Shown here: piece by piece, positions 14,983 to 24,189 of the stretch
Layout of the letters: each line of letters begins with the position of its first letter
How positions within the stretch are numbered: the first letter of the stretch is position 1
IMG/VR virus record: IMGVR_UViG_3300049139_000283
Span: 1-34,439 of that record
Strand: one strand, 5' to 3'
DNA: 34,439 bases
From: a virus
Taxonomy: Duplodnaviria; Caudoviricetes
Translations under genes and position numbers: made by a program
The notes under the pieces: generated by a model
What the model saw: the letters and a program-made list of their open reading frames with translations, nothing else
Database searches by the model: none
What the model was told of the DNA's origin: nothing

Positions 14983-15018
14983 ACGCCCCCTCCCGCGCCG
15001 CAGCGCGAGAGGGGGCGT
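14983..15018 (-). terminator. Terminator, copy 3; end of the late/lysis operon
   Basis: ACGCCCCCTCCCG-cgccgcagcg-CGAGAGGGGGCGT; begins 2 nt after the stop of the collagen-like gene. Confidence 0.75.
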
Positions 15019-15020
15019 CG

Positions 15021-15698
15021 TCACATCCGACGGCGATCGGACAGGATCACCGGCGGCGAGGAACTCGAAGAAGGCGACGGGGAAGGAGCAGGAGCGGGTG
15101 GGGCGCCGTCCCGTCGGCACACGAGCGCATCCGGATCCCAGCTCGGCGCCTGGAGCGAGTAGCCGTCAGGGCACGAAGGCCCCGGCGGCCCCGGCGGGCC
15201 GGGGGCGCCGTCCTTGCCGTCGGCCCCGTCCCGGCCGTCCTTCCCGGGCTCACCAGGCGGTCCAGTCACGGTGGCGCCGGGCGGTCCAGTCACGGTGGCC
15301 CCCGGCTCGCCAGGCGGTCCGGACGGGCCCGGTACCGGGCTCGGAGTCCCACCCGGCTCGCCCTTCTCACCCCGTGGACCAGCTGGTCCGGAGGGCCCCG
15401 GGATCGGTACCGGCACCTCCACCCGGTCCGGTAGATCCTCCACCGCCCGCGCCGGATCCGGCGCAGCCGGAATCTGGCCCTGCGCCTGGAGCTGCTCGCG
15501 CAGCACGCGGACGTCGCCAGCGAGGACCGACACGGCGTCACCGCGCCGGTCCGCCTCGGCGGCGAGCGCGTCAGCCCGACGTGCCTCCGCGTCGATCCGC
15601 AGCCACACCAGGACGACCGCACCCGCGAGCACGAGCAGTACGGCGGCGACCGCGAGACTGCGCCACCGCTTGGAGAGGACGGTTCGTGTGCGGGTCAC
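15021..15698 (-). CDS. Membrane-anchored collagen-like protein (lysis cassette)
   Basis: N-terminal TM helix, coiled coil, G-X-Y repeats ([16 protein letters not shown]...), C-terminal CPDGY...C; 24-bp tandem duplication 15256-15299. Confidence 0.8.
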   Translation of the reverse strand: MTRTRTVLSKRWRSLAVAAVLLVLAGAVVLVWLRIDAEARRADALAAEADRRGDAVSVLAGDVRVLREQLQAQGQIPAAPDPARAVEDLPDRVEVPVPIPGPSGPAGPRGEKGEPGGTPSPVPGPSGPPGEPGATVTGPPGATVTGPPGEPGKDGRDGADGKDGAPGPPGPPGPSCPDGYSLQAPSWDPDALVCRRDGAPPAPAPSPSPSSSSSPPVILSDRRRM

Positions 15699-16027
15699 GT
15701 GGGCTGTCCTCCCAGCTCGGCGATACGGTCACGCAGCCGTGAGATCTCGGCGTGCAGCTCGGCGATCTGCGTCTGGAGCGCCGCATGGTCCGCGCGCTCC
15801 CGCGCCAGCTCGGCGTAGGCCGCGGCCAGCAGCCGCTCCGCCTCGGAGAGTTTCGTCCGCAGGTCCGCGCGCTCCTCTTGCAGCTCGTTGACGAGCCCGC
15901 CGTACCCGCTGATCACGACGCCGGACTGGGAGGCGCTGTTGGCACCGCGGTGCCCGATCAGGGCGGCTCCGGCAGCTGCGAGCCCGACGACGATGGTTCC
16001 GACGGCGCCGAGGATCGCAGCGTCCAC
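15695..16027 (-). CDS. Membrane protein with coiled coil (lysis accessory)
   Basis: GGAGG RBS and GTG; TM helix then heptad repeats. Confidence 0.75.
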   Translation of the reverse strand: MDAAILGAVGTIVVGLAAAGAALIGHRGANSASQSGVVISGYGGLVNELQEERADLRTKLSEAERLLAAAYAELARERADHAALQTQIAELHAEISRLRDRIAELGGQPT

Positions 16028-16066
16028 GCGCTGTACCTCCGGTCATGGGGGGTGGCTCCGCTCAGA

Positions 16067-16315
16067 TCAGCGCGTGATCGAGGTGGGCGTCGGCCGCTTG
16101 ACGGTTTCGGTGAGGCCGGGGCCCTCCGCCCCGCCCGACGTGGCAATGGCGGTAAGGACGGACAGGAGCGCGGCGCCGGCGGCGAGCGACAGGCCGTCGC
16201 CCCAGTCGGCGTGGAGGACGCCGACGGTGTCGAGGCTGAGGGCGGCGACGAGGGTCTGGGCGGCGGTGCGTACGGCGCGTTCGCCGGTGGCCTTCCAGAA
16301 CGGGATCGTGAACAT
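16067..16315 (-). CDS. Holin (r1t-like)
   Basis: MFTIPFWKATGERAVRTAAQTL...DW...LLSVLTAIA, two TM segments, directly after the endolysin. Confidence 0.85.
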   Translation of the reverse strand: MFTIPFWKATGERAVRTAAQTLVAALSLDTVGVLHADWGDGLSLAAGAALLSVLTAIATSGGAEGPGLTETVKRPTPTSITR

Positions 16316-16347
16316 AGGGGGGGTCCTTGTCTGTGAGGGTGGAGGGG

Positions 16348-17208
16348 CTATTCGGCGACGCGGTCGGCGTACAGCTCGACGACGCGCTTGGCGATCTGCT
16401 CGGCAAGCACGGGCGAGGATGCGACCTTGTCGGCGATGGCGGCGATCTGGTCCGGGGTGAGCGTCGTCTTTTCGAGCGCCGAGACCTTCGCGGACAGGTT
16501 GGCCACGGCGTTGACGGCGGCGGCTGAGTTCGCGGCGGTGTCCCGGAGGATCGCCCAGGCGTCGCGGCTCAGCGTGCCCTTGTACTGCCAGGGGCCCACC
16601 ACACGATCGGCGTGCAGCTCGCTGAGCATCCGGTGCTCTTCGGGGGTCATGTCGGGGTCCTCCTCGGTGGGTGGTGTCTGGCCGCTGGCCCGGGCGACGA
16701 TCCCGGGGAAGACGACGTTCTTGAACTGCCGCACGCGGGCGTCGCCGGGGCAGGCCGTGCCGCCGTCGGACCACGCGGCGTGGAGCCGGTGGTAGCCGTA
16801 GCCCGGGTCCGACGCCGTACGGCAGACGCGCAGCGGGATGCCGTGGCGCTGGTGCAGCCACACCCCCAGCCGGATCAGCTGCTCAACCTGGGCGTCGGTC
16901 CACGGGTCGGTGTGCTTCAGATTCGACGCCGTCTCGATCGACACCGCGCCCGTACCGTCCGGGCGCCGGTTCGCCTGGAAGTTGGCGTCCGCGCGGGTCT
17001 CCGTACCGATGAACTGGGCGAGGTCGCCCTCATACCCGAGCCCGAAATGACTGTCCAAGGCGGTCGAGTCGCGCCAGAACTCATACACCCGGCGCGCGGT
17101 CCACGGGGCGGCGATGCTGTGCAGGATGAACTGCGTCGGCCGGATCGCCGGCTGCGCGTCCGACTCGGGCTGCAACTCCATACGGGTAGCAGCCGGGTAC
17201 CAGGCCAT
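16348..17208 (-). CDS. Endolysin, N-acetylmuramoyl-L-alanine amidase (Amidase_2)
   Basis: ILHSIA, SHFG, ADAN, SIET, GYHR, TACPG zinc-amidase motifs; C-terminal helical domain. Confidence 0.9.
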   Translation of the reverse strand: MAWYPAATRMELQPESDAQPAIRPTQFILHSIAAPWTARRVYEFWRDSTALDSHFGLGYEGDLAQFIGTETRADANFQANRRPDGTGAVSIETASNLKHTDPWTDAQVEQLIRLGVWLHQRHGIPLRVCRTASDPGYGYHRLHAAWSDGGTACPGDARVRQFKNVVFPGIVARASGQTPPTEEDPDMTPEEHRMLSELHADRVVGPWQYKGTLSRDAWAILRDTAANSAAAVNAVANLSAKVSALEKTTLTPDQIAAIADKVASSPVLAEQIAKRVVELYADRVAE

Positions 17209-17230
17209 CGGGCCTCCAAGGCGTGAGAAT

Positions 17231-17254
17231 GCCCCGTGCCGATCGGCACGGGGC
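17231..17254 (-). terminator. Hairpin between tail and lysis modules
   Basis: Perfect 24-bp palindrome GCCCCGTGCCGA-TCGGCACGGGGC. Confidence 0.65.
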
Positions 17255-17261
17255 GGGGGTG

Positions 17262-17489
17262 TCAGGTCAGGGGGATATCGGTGCGGACCTCGTCGTACCG
17301 GATGACGTACACGCTCTCGGAGCCGGGGATCTGGCCGGCGGCGGTGGCGACGGCGGTGACGAAGGCGGCTCGCGCGGCCTCGTCGACCCAGCCGTTGGGG
17401 TCCGCGAAGGAGAGGCGGATGCGGACGTCGCCTCCGGGCCCGCGGGAGTCGACCTGCCAGATGGGGTAGTCGAAGTGCTCGGATTGCAT
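17262..17489 (-). CDS. Small hypothetical tail-region protein
   Basis: GAGGAG RBS; MQSEHFDYPIWQVDS... Confidence 0.65.
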   Translation of the reverse strand: MQSEHFDYPIWQVDSRGPGGDVRIRLSFADPNGWVDEAARAAFVTAVATAAGQIPGSESVYVIRYDEVRTDIPLT

Positions 17490-17497
17490 GCTGCTCC

Positions 17498-18043
17498 TCA
17501 GGAGATGCGGCGGGCTCTGAGCCACGACCCGATGTTCATGATCGTGTTAGTGGGGTCGCTAACCTGCTGGCTCCAGTCGATGCTGAGGACTCCGCTCGAC
17601 GCGCCGGTGGTGACGTAGGCCTGGAGCGGCAGGCCGAGGATGTCTGAGTTCGGGAAGCCGAAGGCGGCCACGGAGGAGAAACTCCAGTTCTTGATGCGGT
17701 GGGTGTCGAACTCTGTGCTGGTTCCGACGGAGGGGCCAATCACCGTCCAGCCGCCGGATGCACCGCTCGGCGCGGACATCGTCATCCTGATGTCGCCCAC
17801 GCCGTTGGCGTTCGATGCCCGCAGGTGCCCCTCGACGACGTACGTCGCGTTGGCCACGAGGGTGATCTGCAAGTGGGGGTCGGCGGTGGGGGTCGTGTTG
17901 GAGGCGCGCGATGTCGCGGAGGTCTTGATGGCGACGGGGCGGTCGCTGATGAGGGCGTTGATCTGGTCGCGGACCTCGGCGTTCATGTACGCGGCGGTTA
18001 CGACCTCGCCGACGACCCACGTTCGGGGGGTGACGAGCGGCAT
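17498..18043 (-). CDS. Minor tail / short fibre protein, candidate receptor-binding protein
   Basis: N-terminal PRTWVVGEVVTAAYMNAEVRDQINAL typical of actinophage tail fibres; beta-rich C-terminus ending GSWLRARRI. Confidence 0.75.
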   Translation of the reverse strand: MPLVTPRTWVVGEVVTAAYMNAEVRDQINALISDRPVAIKTSATSRASNTTPTADPHLQITLVANATYVVEGHLRASNANGVGDIRMTMSAPSGASGGWTVIGPSVGTSTEFDTHRIKNWSFSSVAAFGFPNSDILGLPLQAYVTTGASSGVLSIDWSQQVSDPTNTIMNIGSWLRARRIS

Positions 18044-18459
18044 CAGCGACCACCCTTCTGCGGCACCGGCCGCGGTGGCCGTGACACCGCTGGTTCATCA
18101 GGGTTCGACCAGTTGCGTTCGTGCGGCAGCAGCTCGTCGAGCAGAGCCTCGACCGCGGCCACGTCGTCCGGGAAGATCAGCTGCGCCCACCCGTAGCCGC
18201 ACTCCGTGCACGCGAACTTTGGGTCGGCGGGGGACACGACCTGCGCTGACCCGCAGGGGCAGTCAGCTACCCACCTGTTGTGGTTGATGCGGGCCCACAG
18301 GCGGCCCTCGACCGGACCGTGAGGCCGGGGCGCGCGCCGCCCGGCCTGCTGCTCGTACCAGCGGAACACGCGCTCGGCCGGCCCGGAGTCCTCCCACAGG
18401 TTCTCGGGGAGCGGGTGCGGGGGACGGTAGAAGGTCTCCGCCCGCAGGACGGGCATCAT
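18043..18459 (-). CDS. Tail-region protein with zinc-binding motif
   Basis: ARINHNRWVADCPCGSAQ...FACTECG...RNW. Confidence 0.7.
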   Translation of the reverse strand: MMPVLRAETFYRPPHPLPENLWEDSGPAERVFRWYEQQAGRRAPRPHGPVEGRLWARINHNRWVADCPCGSAQVVSPADPKFACTECGYGWAQLIFPDDVAAVEALLDELLPHERNWSNPDEPAVSRPPRPVPQKGGR

Positions 18460-18471
18460 GGGCGCCCCCTT

Positions 18472-20790
18472 TCAGTAGGCGAGACGGGTGCTGGATCCGA
18501 GCACCGAGTACGTGCTGGAGCCGAGGACCCAGACGGAGTCGGTGGTGGCCCGCGAGGTGTGGAAGTCGATCCGGTGCACGGCCGTCGTGATGGTTTCGCT
18601 GTAGCCCTCGATCACGACGGCTGCCGACGTGGCCGGCGCCTGCGCGGGGAGATTGGTCACGGTGAGGACGGTGGAGATGTCGGCCGCGAGGAGGGCCCGG
18701 TAGGTGGTCAACGGCAGCGCCGCGGCGTTGTCGACGGGCACTTGCCGTACCTCGGCGGGTGGGTCGGCGTACCGGGAGATGAGCCAGTAGGCGGCGTCCA
18801 GCACTTGGGCATCCCCCACCTTGAGCAGCTCAAGCTGCTGCTCGTAGGGGCCGAAGGTGTCGACCGACGTTTGGTCGGCGACGCGCTGCGTGGCCCCGCC
18901 CGGCCGGGAGCCGATTACGATGTTGATCCGCTTCTGGTCGTCTCTGATCACCTTGAACGCGTGGGTCGCAATGTCGGTGGCGTAGTCGAGCGTCAGCGAC
19001 GATGTCGTGTTGTAGCGGACGTCCCGCCCCTGGAAGACCAGCGCCGCGCTGCCGCGGTCGCAGAACAGCCGGCCGCCCTCGGTGGCCTCCACATCCCGCA
19101 TGAGCGCGAGCGCGCTTCGCCCGCCCGCCCCCTGCGACGCGACGCTGCCGAACGTGCCGGCCGTCGTCAGGCTGGTGAGGCCCGCGTACCGGGCCAGGCG
19201 GGTGATGCGGGCGACGGCGCTCTCGCCGGAGTAGCCGGTGGTGCCCGCGAGGTAGTGATCCGCGAGCTGGCTGAGGGCGAGGGTGCCCAGGTCGGGGAGG
19301 TAGATCGCGACGTGGGCGATGCTGCCTGACCAGAGCCGGGTCCCCTGGTAGCCGCCGATGAACAGGCGCCGGGCGGCGTACATCAGGCCGACGGTGACAG
19401 CGATGGGGGCGCCACCGTCGATGACGACCTGCTGCGTCGACTCGTCGTACACCACGTGGTGCACACGGCCGTCCGCGAGGTTCGGCGAGGTGGAGACCAC
19501 GTAGGTGGTGAGAGGGGCGCCGCCGCTGCCGGTCTGCGTCCAGTCGAACGCGAGCTTGCCGGTCGCCGCCTCCAGGTGCATGACCAGCTGATAGCGGGAG
19601 TCGTGGGAGGTTAGGCCCCACACTGCCCGGCCGTTGGTGCTGGTGGAGAACCACACCTCCACGAAGAGGAATTCGGTCGAGCTCCGGTCCGCGAAGACCT
19701 GACCCAGGTCGCCGGAGAGGCTCAAGCCGGCCGTCGCGGACGCCGGCGTGAACGTGGGGCAGGACAGGCCGTCGGCGGGTGGCCCGGTTCCGGAGCCGAA
19801 CTCGATCGTGCCGCCGATGCCGGTCTGGACGACGGGCAGCGCTGTCGAGCCGGTGCCGGAGATGTCGCCGGCGGACGAGGTGCCGGACTCCTCGGACAGC
19901 GGGTAGTAGGCGTAGGGGCGGTACCGCAGCACCTCCTCCACCAGCAGAGGCTGGAGCGAGGGGAGTCGGTTGAGCCACTTGAACAGGTCCGTGCAGGTCA
20001 CGGTGACGGTCGACGCCAGGCCCTGCCAGTCGACGGGCCACTCGCCGACCATGCCGTAGAAGCGGTCGTGATACTGCGCGCCGACCGGGTCGAACGCCGT
20101 CGCGACGGTCCCCTCCTCGACCTGCCCGGCGTCCACCCACACCTGATCGCCAGCAGCCGGAGTACCCACCGCCCGCACCCGCACCTGGTGGCTCGTGCTG
20201 GTCGCCGTCCACGACACCGTGAGCCGCTGCCACGCGCCGGTGACGGTGCTCTGCGCACCGATCGCCCCGCCGGCCAGCGACAGCTGCACCGGAGCGTCGC
20301 CCGCGGGGACCCACACGTAGGTGCTGTAGGTGTAGCTGGAGCCGATGTGCAGGCCGTGGATGACGGGGCTGGTCACGGTCTGGTTCGAGGTGGCGCCCCA
20401 GGTGATGAGCATGGCCTGCGTGCCGTCGTAGACGCGGGTGCCGTCGGCGGCTCGGGTGGGTGTGCCCGAGCTGGTCCAGGCGCTGACGCCCTCCTCGAAG
20501 GACGGGTTCGGCATGAGGTTCTTCGCTGCGCTGACGACGCGCACTCGGATCGGCGTGTTGTCCCGGACGTAGGGGTAGTACGGGCTGCTGGGGTTGTCCG
20601 AGGTGAAGCGGCCGTCGGCGTTGTCCAGGGTGAGGGTGCAGGTGCCCTCCTGGATCTGAGTCCTTTCGGCGGAGGCCCCGCGGTCGATGGAGATGCCCGT
20701 CCGCATGTTGACGAACTGGGTAATGTCCGTCCAGGTGATGGAGGTGGCCGTGGGGGTGTAGCCGAATCCTGCCTCGACGATGATCCGCAC
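18472..20790 (-). CDS. Tail tip/baseplate protein with carbohydrate-binding-like and LamG-like inserts
   Basis: WTDITQFV..ISIDRG..LTLDNADGRF; NLMPNPSFE...VWVDAGQVEEG (CBM-like); YYPLSE...LADGRVHHVV...GSIAHVAIY (LamG-like). Confidence 0.8.
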   Translation of the reverse strand: MRIIVEAGFGYTPTATSITWTDITQFVNMRTGISIDRGASAERTQIQEGTCTLTLDNADGRFTSDNPSSPYYPYVRDNTPIRVRVVSAAKNLMPNPSFEEGVSAWTSSGTPTRAADGTRVYDGTQAMLITWGATSNQTVTSPVIHGLHIGSSYTYSTYVWVPAGDAPVQLSLAGGAIGAQSTVTGAWQRLTVSWTATSTSHQVRVRAVGTPAAGDQVWVDAGQVEEGTVATAFDPVGAQYHDRFYGMVGEWPVDWQGLASTVTVTCTDLFKWLNRLPSLQPLLVEEVLRYRPYAYYPLSEESGTSSAGDISGTGSTALPVVQTGIGGTIEFGSGTGPPADGLSCPTFTPASATAGLSLSGDLGQVFADRSSTEFLFVEVWFSTSTNGRAVWGLTSHDSRYQLVMHLEAATGKLAFDWTQTGSGGAPLTTYVVSTSPNLADGRVHHVVYDESTQQVVIDGGAPIAVTVGLMYAARRLFIGGYQGTRLWSGSIAHVAIYLPDLGTLALSQLADHYLAGTTGYSGESAVARITRLARYAGLTSLTTAGTFGSVASQGAGGRSALALMRDVEATEGGRLFCDRGSAALVFQGRDVRYNTTSSLTLDYATDIATHAFKVIRDDQKRINIVIGSRPGGATQRVADQTSVDTFGPYEQQLELLKVGDAQVLDAAYWLISRYADPPAEVRQVPVDNAAALPLTTYRALLAADISTVLTVTNLPAQAPATSAAVVIEGYSETITTAVHRIDFHTSRATTDSVWVLGSSTYSVLGSSTRLAY

Positions 20791-20803
20791 GACCAGTCAC
20801 CTC

Positions 20804-23551
20804 CTACACGAACTCCAACGGGCGGCCGCCGCGCGCCCGCCGCAGCGACATCAGGGTCTGCTCGATTTCCTTGGCCACGCCGACCTTGTCGAGCGCGCCG
20901 GTCACCGTGAGGTGGATGACGACGGGCGCCGCCGCGCCGCCGGCCGGGCCTGCTGGACGGCCGGGACGGGCCGTGCCCCCCCTCGGCATCGCCGCGATCG
21001 CCGACCGCGACGCCGAGTCGGCGCCCACGAGCTGGTGCAGGCGGCCCTCGTTGAGCGCGTCGAGGAAGCCCAGGCCGTACCGGGCCACCGACCGCGCCCG
21101 CACTACGTACTCGCCATCGGACAGCGCCGTAAGGATGCTGTCCGAGGTGCTCGTGCCCGGGCCGCGTACCGGACCACCTACAGACCGGCGGACGATGCCG
21201 CCCTGCGCCCTGCGCTGGATCAAGTCGGGCACGCCGTTGGCGTCGCTGTCCCCGATGGTCTTGACGCGGATGTAGGTGGTGGCCGTCGTGCCGTCGAGCC
21301 CAGCAAGCTGGGACCGAGCCCGGGAGACCTTGGCTTCGAGGTCGGCGATTTGCGCCAGAATCGCCGCTCTCCGCGAGTCCGGCACCCTCTTCAGCTGGGA
21401 CTTCGCAGAGTCCAGCTTGGCCTGGAGATCCTCCATGTTGCCGCGCAGGCGAGCGGTCTTGTCCGGCGTCTTCAGGATCTGGTCGGCCAGTGCGGCGGCC
21501 TGCGCCTTGGTCAACCCCATCGCCTGCGCCGACGAGATCAGTGCCTCACGGCCACGGGCGTAGACCCCGTTAACCGTCTCCCACGAGGCCCCCGACTCGC
21601 GTGCGGCCGATGTCGCCTCGTCGGTCTTCGCCGCAAGGTCCGTCAGCGCGCTCGCCGCCGTCCGTGCCTTCTCGGAGTTGAGGTTCAGTTGCCCGCCGGA
21701 CATCGACAGCGCCCCGGCGTTCTTCGAGGCGGCCTCCGCCGCCGCGTCGATCGCCGCTTCGAAGCCGATCATCCCGCCTAGCGCGGCGCGGTTCACGTCG
21801 TTCAAGGCGACAATGGCCTGGCGCAGTCCGTCCGCTGACGCCTTCTGTGCGTCGAGTTGGCTCTTCACTGCGAGGGCTTGCTGGCCGAACACGCCCTGGG
21901 ACTCGGCGGTCAGCTGGGCCTCGAAGGCGACGTCGCGGAGCGCCTGCTGGTACTGGCCCAGCTGGTCGCGCAGGTTGCCCTCGGTCAGGTTGCCGAGGCT
22001 TCCCCCGAGGCGCCGGATCGCCGCCTCGGCGAGCTCCGAGTTGCCGTTACGCACCAGCTGAGCGAGCGCGCCGTCGAGCGCGCCGATCTGCTCCTTGGCG
22101 ACCTTGACCGGGGCCGAGTCCATGTCGACGAGATCGCCGAGCCACTGGATGGCGCCCTCGTAGTTCGACGGCCGAGCCAGCGTACGGACCGACGTCTCCA
22201 GCTCACCCAGGTCCGCGCCGAGCACGCGAGCGGCCTCGCCGCTGACCTTGCCCGTCTTGCCGAGCTGCGCGATCGACGAGGTCATCGCGTCCATGTCGGC
22301 CGGCGCCTGCTGCCCGATGCTCATCAACTCGTTCAAGGTGATGAGCAGCAGCCCGATGCCGGTGCCCGCGACCGCGAGCCGGGCGCTGCGGGACATCGCC
22401 ATGAAGCTGGCGCCGAGCGCGGCCATGCGGCCGGTCGTCCCGGCGGCGGCGGCCTGCATCGCGACCGTGCTCGCGGTGAAGCCGAGGACCGCCGCGCGCG
22501 CGGCGCCGAGACCGATCGCTGCCAACCGGACGGCCTTGATGGCGATGGCCAGTTGGAGGAACAGGGCGATTGCGCCGGGCGGGACGGCGGCCACGAGGCT
22601 GCTGACGACGTTGATCGCGCTCAGCAGCCCCACACCGACCGATGACCCCGCTTCCAGCAGGTTCACCAGGGCGGCCCCCACGTTCTTCAGGGTGTCCTCG
22701 ACGGCGGGGCCGTGCTGGCGCGCATAGTCGAGGAACCGCTGGAACGCGCCGCCGACCTCACCCTGCTCTGCCCGGTTGAGGAACGACACGAGCCGGTCGT
22801 TCGCGCGCGTCAGGGTGCGCTCGGCGAAGATGTTGACCTTGGTCATCAGGCGGTCGAAGCCGGGCGTGTTGACGGCGCCGCCTGCGATCGTCACCGTGCG
22901 GTCCAGCTCGATACCGAAGGAGCGTGCCATCGGCGTTACCTTGGGCAGGATCGCGCCGAGCACCCCGAAGCCCTTCGTAATCGGGGCCATAGTGTCGGTG
23001 GCGACGGAATCTGACCATGCCTTGTACTCGTCCTTGAAGACCCGCAGCGCGGCGGCGGTCTCGCGCGTCGCGGGCGGTAGCTTCTCCGTCTGCCGCACGA
23101 GGGCCGCATGGGCCTTGACCGCTGCCGCCGAGCGGGCGCCCGACTCCTCCACCGCGTCCCGGTACGCCTGCTCGGCATCCGCCGCCTCGCCGAGCGCGGT
23201 GATCTGCGGGCCGAGGGCCGCCGTGTACGCGACGGTCGCCGCGCCAGCAGCAGCCGCCCCCACAGCGATCGGCGCGAGCGACGCCGCAGCGGGGATCGCA
23301 GCCGGGGCGAGGAGCCGCAGCGAGCCCCCCAGCGCCTCCGACGCCTGCGCGATGGCGCCCGTCTCCCGCACGAAACGCCCGCGGAGGTCCCGCAGTCGCC
23401 CGTCGGCGCCGCGCGCCATGCCGTCGATCGCGCGGCTGCCGCCTGTCGCTGCCGCCTGCAGGCGCCGCTCGAGGCGGGTCGCTGCGTCGCCTGCGCCGTC
23501 GAGAACCCGGGACAGCTGATCGCGACCCGCGAGGATGAAGTCGAGCCGCAT
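20804..23551 (-). CDS. Tape measure protein
   Basis: 915 aa, Ala-rich helical, after the tail chaperone; C-terminal GGPVRGPGTSTSDSI...LSDGEYV motif. Confidence 0.92.
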   Translation of the reverse strand: MRLDFILAGRDQLSRVLDGAGDAATRLERRLQAAATGGSRAIDGMARGADGRLRDLRGRFVRETGAIAQASEALGGSLRLLAPAAIPAAASLAPIAVGAAAAGAATVAYTAALGPQITALGEAADAEQAYRDAVEESGARSAAAVKAHAALVRQTEKLPPATRETAAALRVFKDEYKAWSDSVATDTMAPITKGFGVLGAILPKVTPMARSFGIELDRTVTIAGGAVNTPGFDRLMTKVNIFAERTLTRANDRLVSFLNRAEQGEVGGAFQRFLDYARQHGPAVEDTLKNVGAALVNLLEAGSSVGVGLLSAINVVSSLVAAVPPGAIALFLQLAIAIKAVRLAAIGLGAARAAVLGFTASTVAMQAAAAGTTGRMAALGASFMAMSRSARLAVAGTGIGLLLITLNELMSIGQQAPADMDAMTSSIAQLGKTGKVSGEAARVLGADLGELETSVRTLARPSNYEGAIQWLGDLVDMDSAPVKVAKEQIGALDGALAQLVRNGNSELAEAAIRRLGGSLGNLTEGNLRDQLGQYQQALRDVAFEAQLTAESQGVFGQQALAVKSQLDAQKASADGLRQAIVALNDVNRAALGGMIGFEAAIDAAAEAASKNAGALSMSGGQLNLNSEKARTAASALTDLAAKTDEATSAARESGASWETVNGVYARGREALISSAQAMGLTKAQAAALADQILKTPDKTARLRGNMEDLQAKLDSAKSQLKRVPDSRRAAILAQIADLEAKVSRARSQLAGLDGTTATTYIRVKTIGDSDANGVPDLIQRRAQGGIVRRSVGGPVRGPGTSTSDSILTALSDGEYVVRARSVARYGLGFLDALNEGRLHQLVGADSASRSAIAAMPRGGTARPGRPAGPAGGAAAPVVIHLTVTGALDKVGVAKEIEQTLMSLRRARGGRPLEFV

Positions 23552-23554
23552 GCG

Positions 23555-23767
23555 TCAGCCACCGCCTTCGGATTGCTGGGCCAGGTGCTCGTCGAGCCAG
23601 GCGGTGAGGGTGTCGAAGTCGTCGACCGTCAGCTGGTCGACACCAGTTGGGGGGATGTGGAGGAGGTGGGCGAAGAGGCCGAGGTACTGCTGTCGGGCTC
23701 GGTCGATGTCGGGGTCGGGCTCGAAGACGCGGCCTCCGCCAACGGGGCCGGGTCCGCCTCTTTTCCC
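23555..23767 (-). CDS. -1 frameshift extension of the tail assembly chaperone
   Basis: -1 frame after G GGA AAA reads ...DIDRARQQYLGLFAHLLHIPPTGVDQLTVDDFDTLTAWLDEHLAQQSEGGG*, ending 3 nt before the tape measure start. Confidence 0.8.
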   Translation of the reverse strand, partial: GKRGGPGPVGGGRVFEPDPDIDRARQQYLGLFAHLLHIPPTGVDQLTVDDFDTLTAWLDEHLAQQSEGGG

Positions 23768-24180
23768 TCAGCCTCCTCCACCATCTCCGCCAGGATCGCC
23801 TTAGCCCGCTCGCGGTCAGCGGCCGCGTCGAGCATGCGGGTCATTGCCTGGTCGAAATCGGTGTCCGTGACCTCAGGGTCGGACGCCTTTACTGCCAGGG
23901 CTCGGGAGATCCAGCCGCGGACCTCGTCCTCATCGAGCCGGGTCACCATGTCCTCGACACCCGGGTCGAAGTCACCAAACCGCAGGCTCGGGTTCGTGCG
24001 CTTCTTCAGCACCCAGACGACGCCGCGCATCGCGTCGAGATCCTCATCCTGCAGCCCGGCCTTGACGTCGCCCCACTTCATGCCGACGGTGCGGGCGACG
24101 ATCGACGCCTCGGAGACGACCAGCAACCTGGCGTCGTAGTGCTCCGGTTCACCGCCGCGCGGCGTGTACACGATGATCAA
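23629..24180 (-). CDS. Tail assembly chaperone (short form)
   Basis: Position before the tape measure; slippery GGGAAAA at 23767-23761. Confidence 0.85.
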   Translation of the reverse strand: MIIVYTPRGGEPEHYDARLLVVSEASIVARTVGMKWGDVKAGLQDEDLDAMRGVVWVLKKRTNPSLRFGDFDPGVEDMVTRLDEDEVRGWISRALAVKASDPEVTDTDFDQAMTRMLDAAADRERAKAILAEMVEEAEGKEADPAPLAEAASSSPTPTSTEPDSSTSASSPTSSTSPQLVSTS

Positions 24181-24189
24181 CGATGGCTC

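Noticed and set aside
13785-15018. CRISPR array or integron attC array
   Set aside because: Repeats are about 600 bp apart with genes between them and variable loops; no attC-type GTTRRRY/RYYYAAC ends seen and no integron integrase
17498-20790. Diversity-generating retroelement or invertible tail-fibre system
   Set aside because: No reverse transcriptase, invertase or template/variable repeat pair seen
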